A stretch of DNA of 64,000 nt from Lepidodermella squamata. Lineage: Eukaryota > Animalia > Gastrotricha. Under the pieces are notes generated by a model, which saw only the letters and a list, made by a program, of their open reading frames with translations, did not search any database and was not told the origin of the DNA. The stretch covers positions 3,348,001 through 3,412,000 of the forward strand of contig JBLDXI010000013.1 of assembly GCA_047495785.1 (NCBI GenBank), given 5' to 3'. Of this stretch, positions 63,052 to 64,000 are shown piece by piece; positions within the stretch are counted from its first letter, which is position 1, and every line of letters starts with the position of its first letter. Position numbers and translations under genes: made by a program.

Positions 63052-64000
63052 TTACCAGCCACGTTTACACGACCTTTTTATGAATGGATGAAGCTTTTTA
63101 CAACGGCTTATTGGAAAAACAATCTTCACCCACGCTAAATTTGAAACAAAAAAAATACGACTAAAATTATGAATGCCCTGAAGGTAGACAAGAGATGGAC
63201 CCTTTTATTCGTTGTTCAGATCGAAAATCCAACGATCAAACTGCATAAATTAGCATGTGATATTAAGTTAGTTAAAACATCAGTGAGCCGAGCACAACTT
63301 TCTTCAAATGGAAATGTCTACGCTTTCTGTCATTGTAAATCAATTTAATAGCGACCAATAAGATTTCTCTTTCAAGCTGCCTCAAGAAAATACGGGGCGA
63401 TTGCACACCTGGACGCCGTGCCGAGAGAAGAAAGAGATATAAATGTGAGTATAGAACAATAGGAGCACAACCGTGATTAGCGAATTAAATTTCTTTTTAT
63501 AAAATTTTAAGATTTCTTTATAATAAATATATCACGATAAATTAGGCGAATCAATTTACAATAAATTATAATCACTTTTCACTTAAATTTTAAATGCGTA
63601 GCTGAAGACAACCGTGCAACATCAACGGGTAAAGGTGATGTGATTTCAAGGAAGAGCAGAGTTAAAACATTTTAGTGTCGAATTCACAAGAAATATAGAG
63701 TGAAAACTCCGGAATTACAAAATTATTAGCTCCTTTGTGTCGACGAATAGCAACCAGATGATAGCAAAAGAACATCAACTCGCAAGTAATATATATAAAA
63801 TTTACCACTACAATGAGCTTTGAAGAAGATTTAAAGCGTAGACAGTTGTTTGGCTTATGAGTTTGAAAAGCACACAGTTACTTGTATTTGTAATTTGGAA
63901 AATCTGTGCCGAATGGAAAATCGAGGATATTCGATGAAACACCGAAGCCATTGTTCCAATCAATGTAATGATGCCTGATGTGCCATTTCTTCAAGCGTCC

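Noticed and set aside
1-64000. CRISPR arrays, rRNA or tRNA genes
   Set aside because: No repeat-spacer array or recognisable structural RNA seen by eye; tRNAscan-SE or Infernal would be needed to exclude small RNAs.

Overview
This window is eukaryotic (invertebrate animal) genomic DNA with many very short introns (45-65 nt). No rRNA, tRNA or CRISPR array was seen. Genes from left to right: the 3' part of an acidic Ser/Pro-rich ORF; an intronless GABA-B-like class C GPCR; a spliced Ly6/three-finger GPI-type gene; a same-strand block of M4 peptidase - CYP450 - TE-rich spacer - CYP450 - M4 peptidase; a secreted Gly/Met/Pro/Asn repeat protein; a DOR/TP53INP gene; three tightly packed CISD3-like CDGSH genes followed by a C19orf12 homolog; an unknown spliced gene; an 8-exon teneurin of about 2,830 aa; two NPC2/ML-domain genes; and a multi-exon PAN/apple-domain gene. 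The top finding is the pair of intact, secreted M4 (thermolysin-family) zinc metalloproteases with the full bacterial vibriolysin/LasB architecture (signal, FTP/PepSY propeptide, catalytic domain, PPC domain), each split by six spliceosomal introns at identical positions. This pattern suggests a horizontally acquired bacterial protease that was domesticated and duplicated. Also notable are a teneurin that stops before the Tox-GHH/TCAP domain and has only six EGF repeats, an operon-like CDGSH triplet with an extra C-H-CxxC motif, two GC-AG introns, inverted 5' fragments facing each CYP gene, and TA-flanked MITE/foldback elements. All family calls come from motif recognition by eye; no database searches were run.
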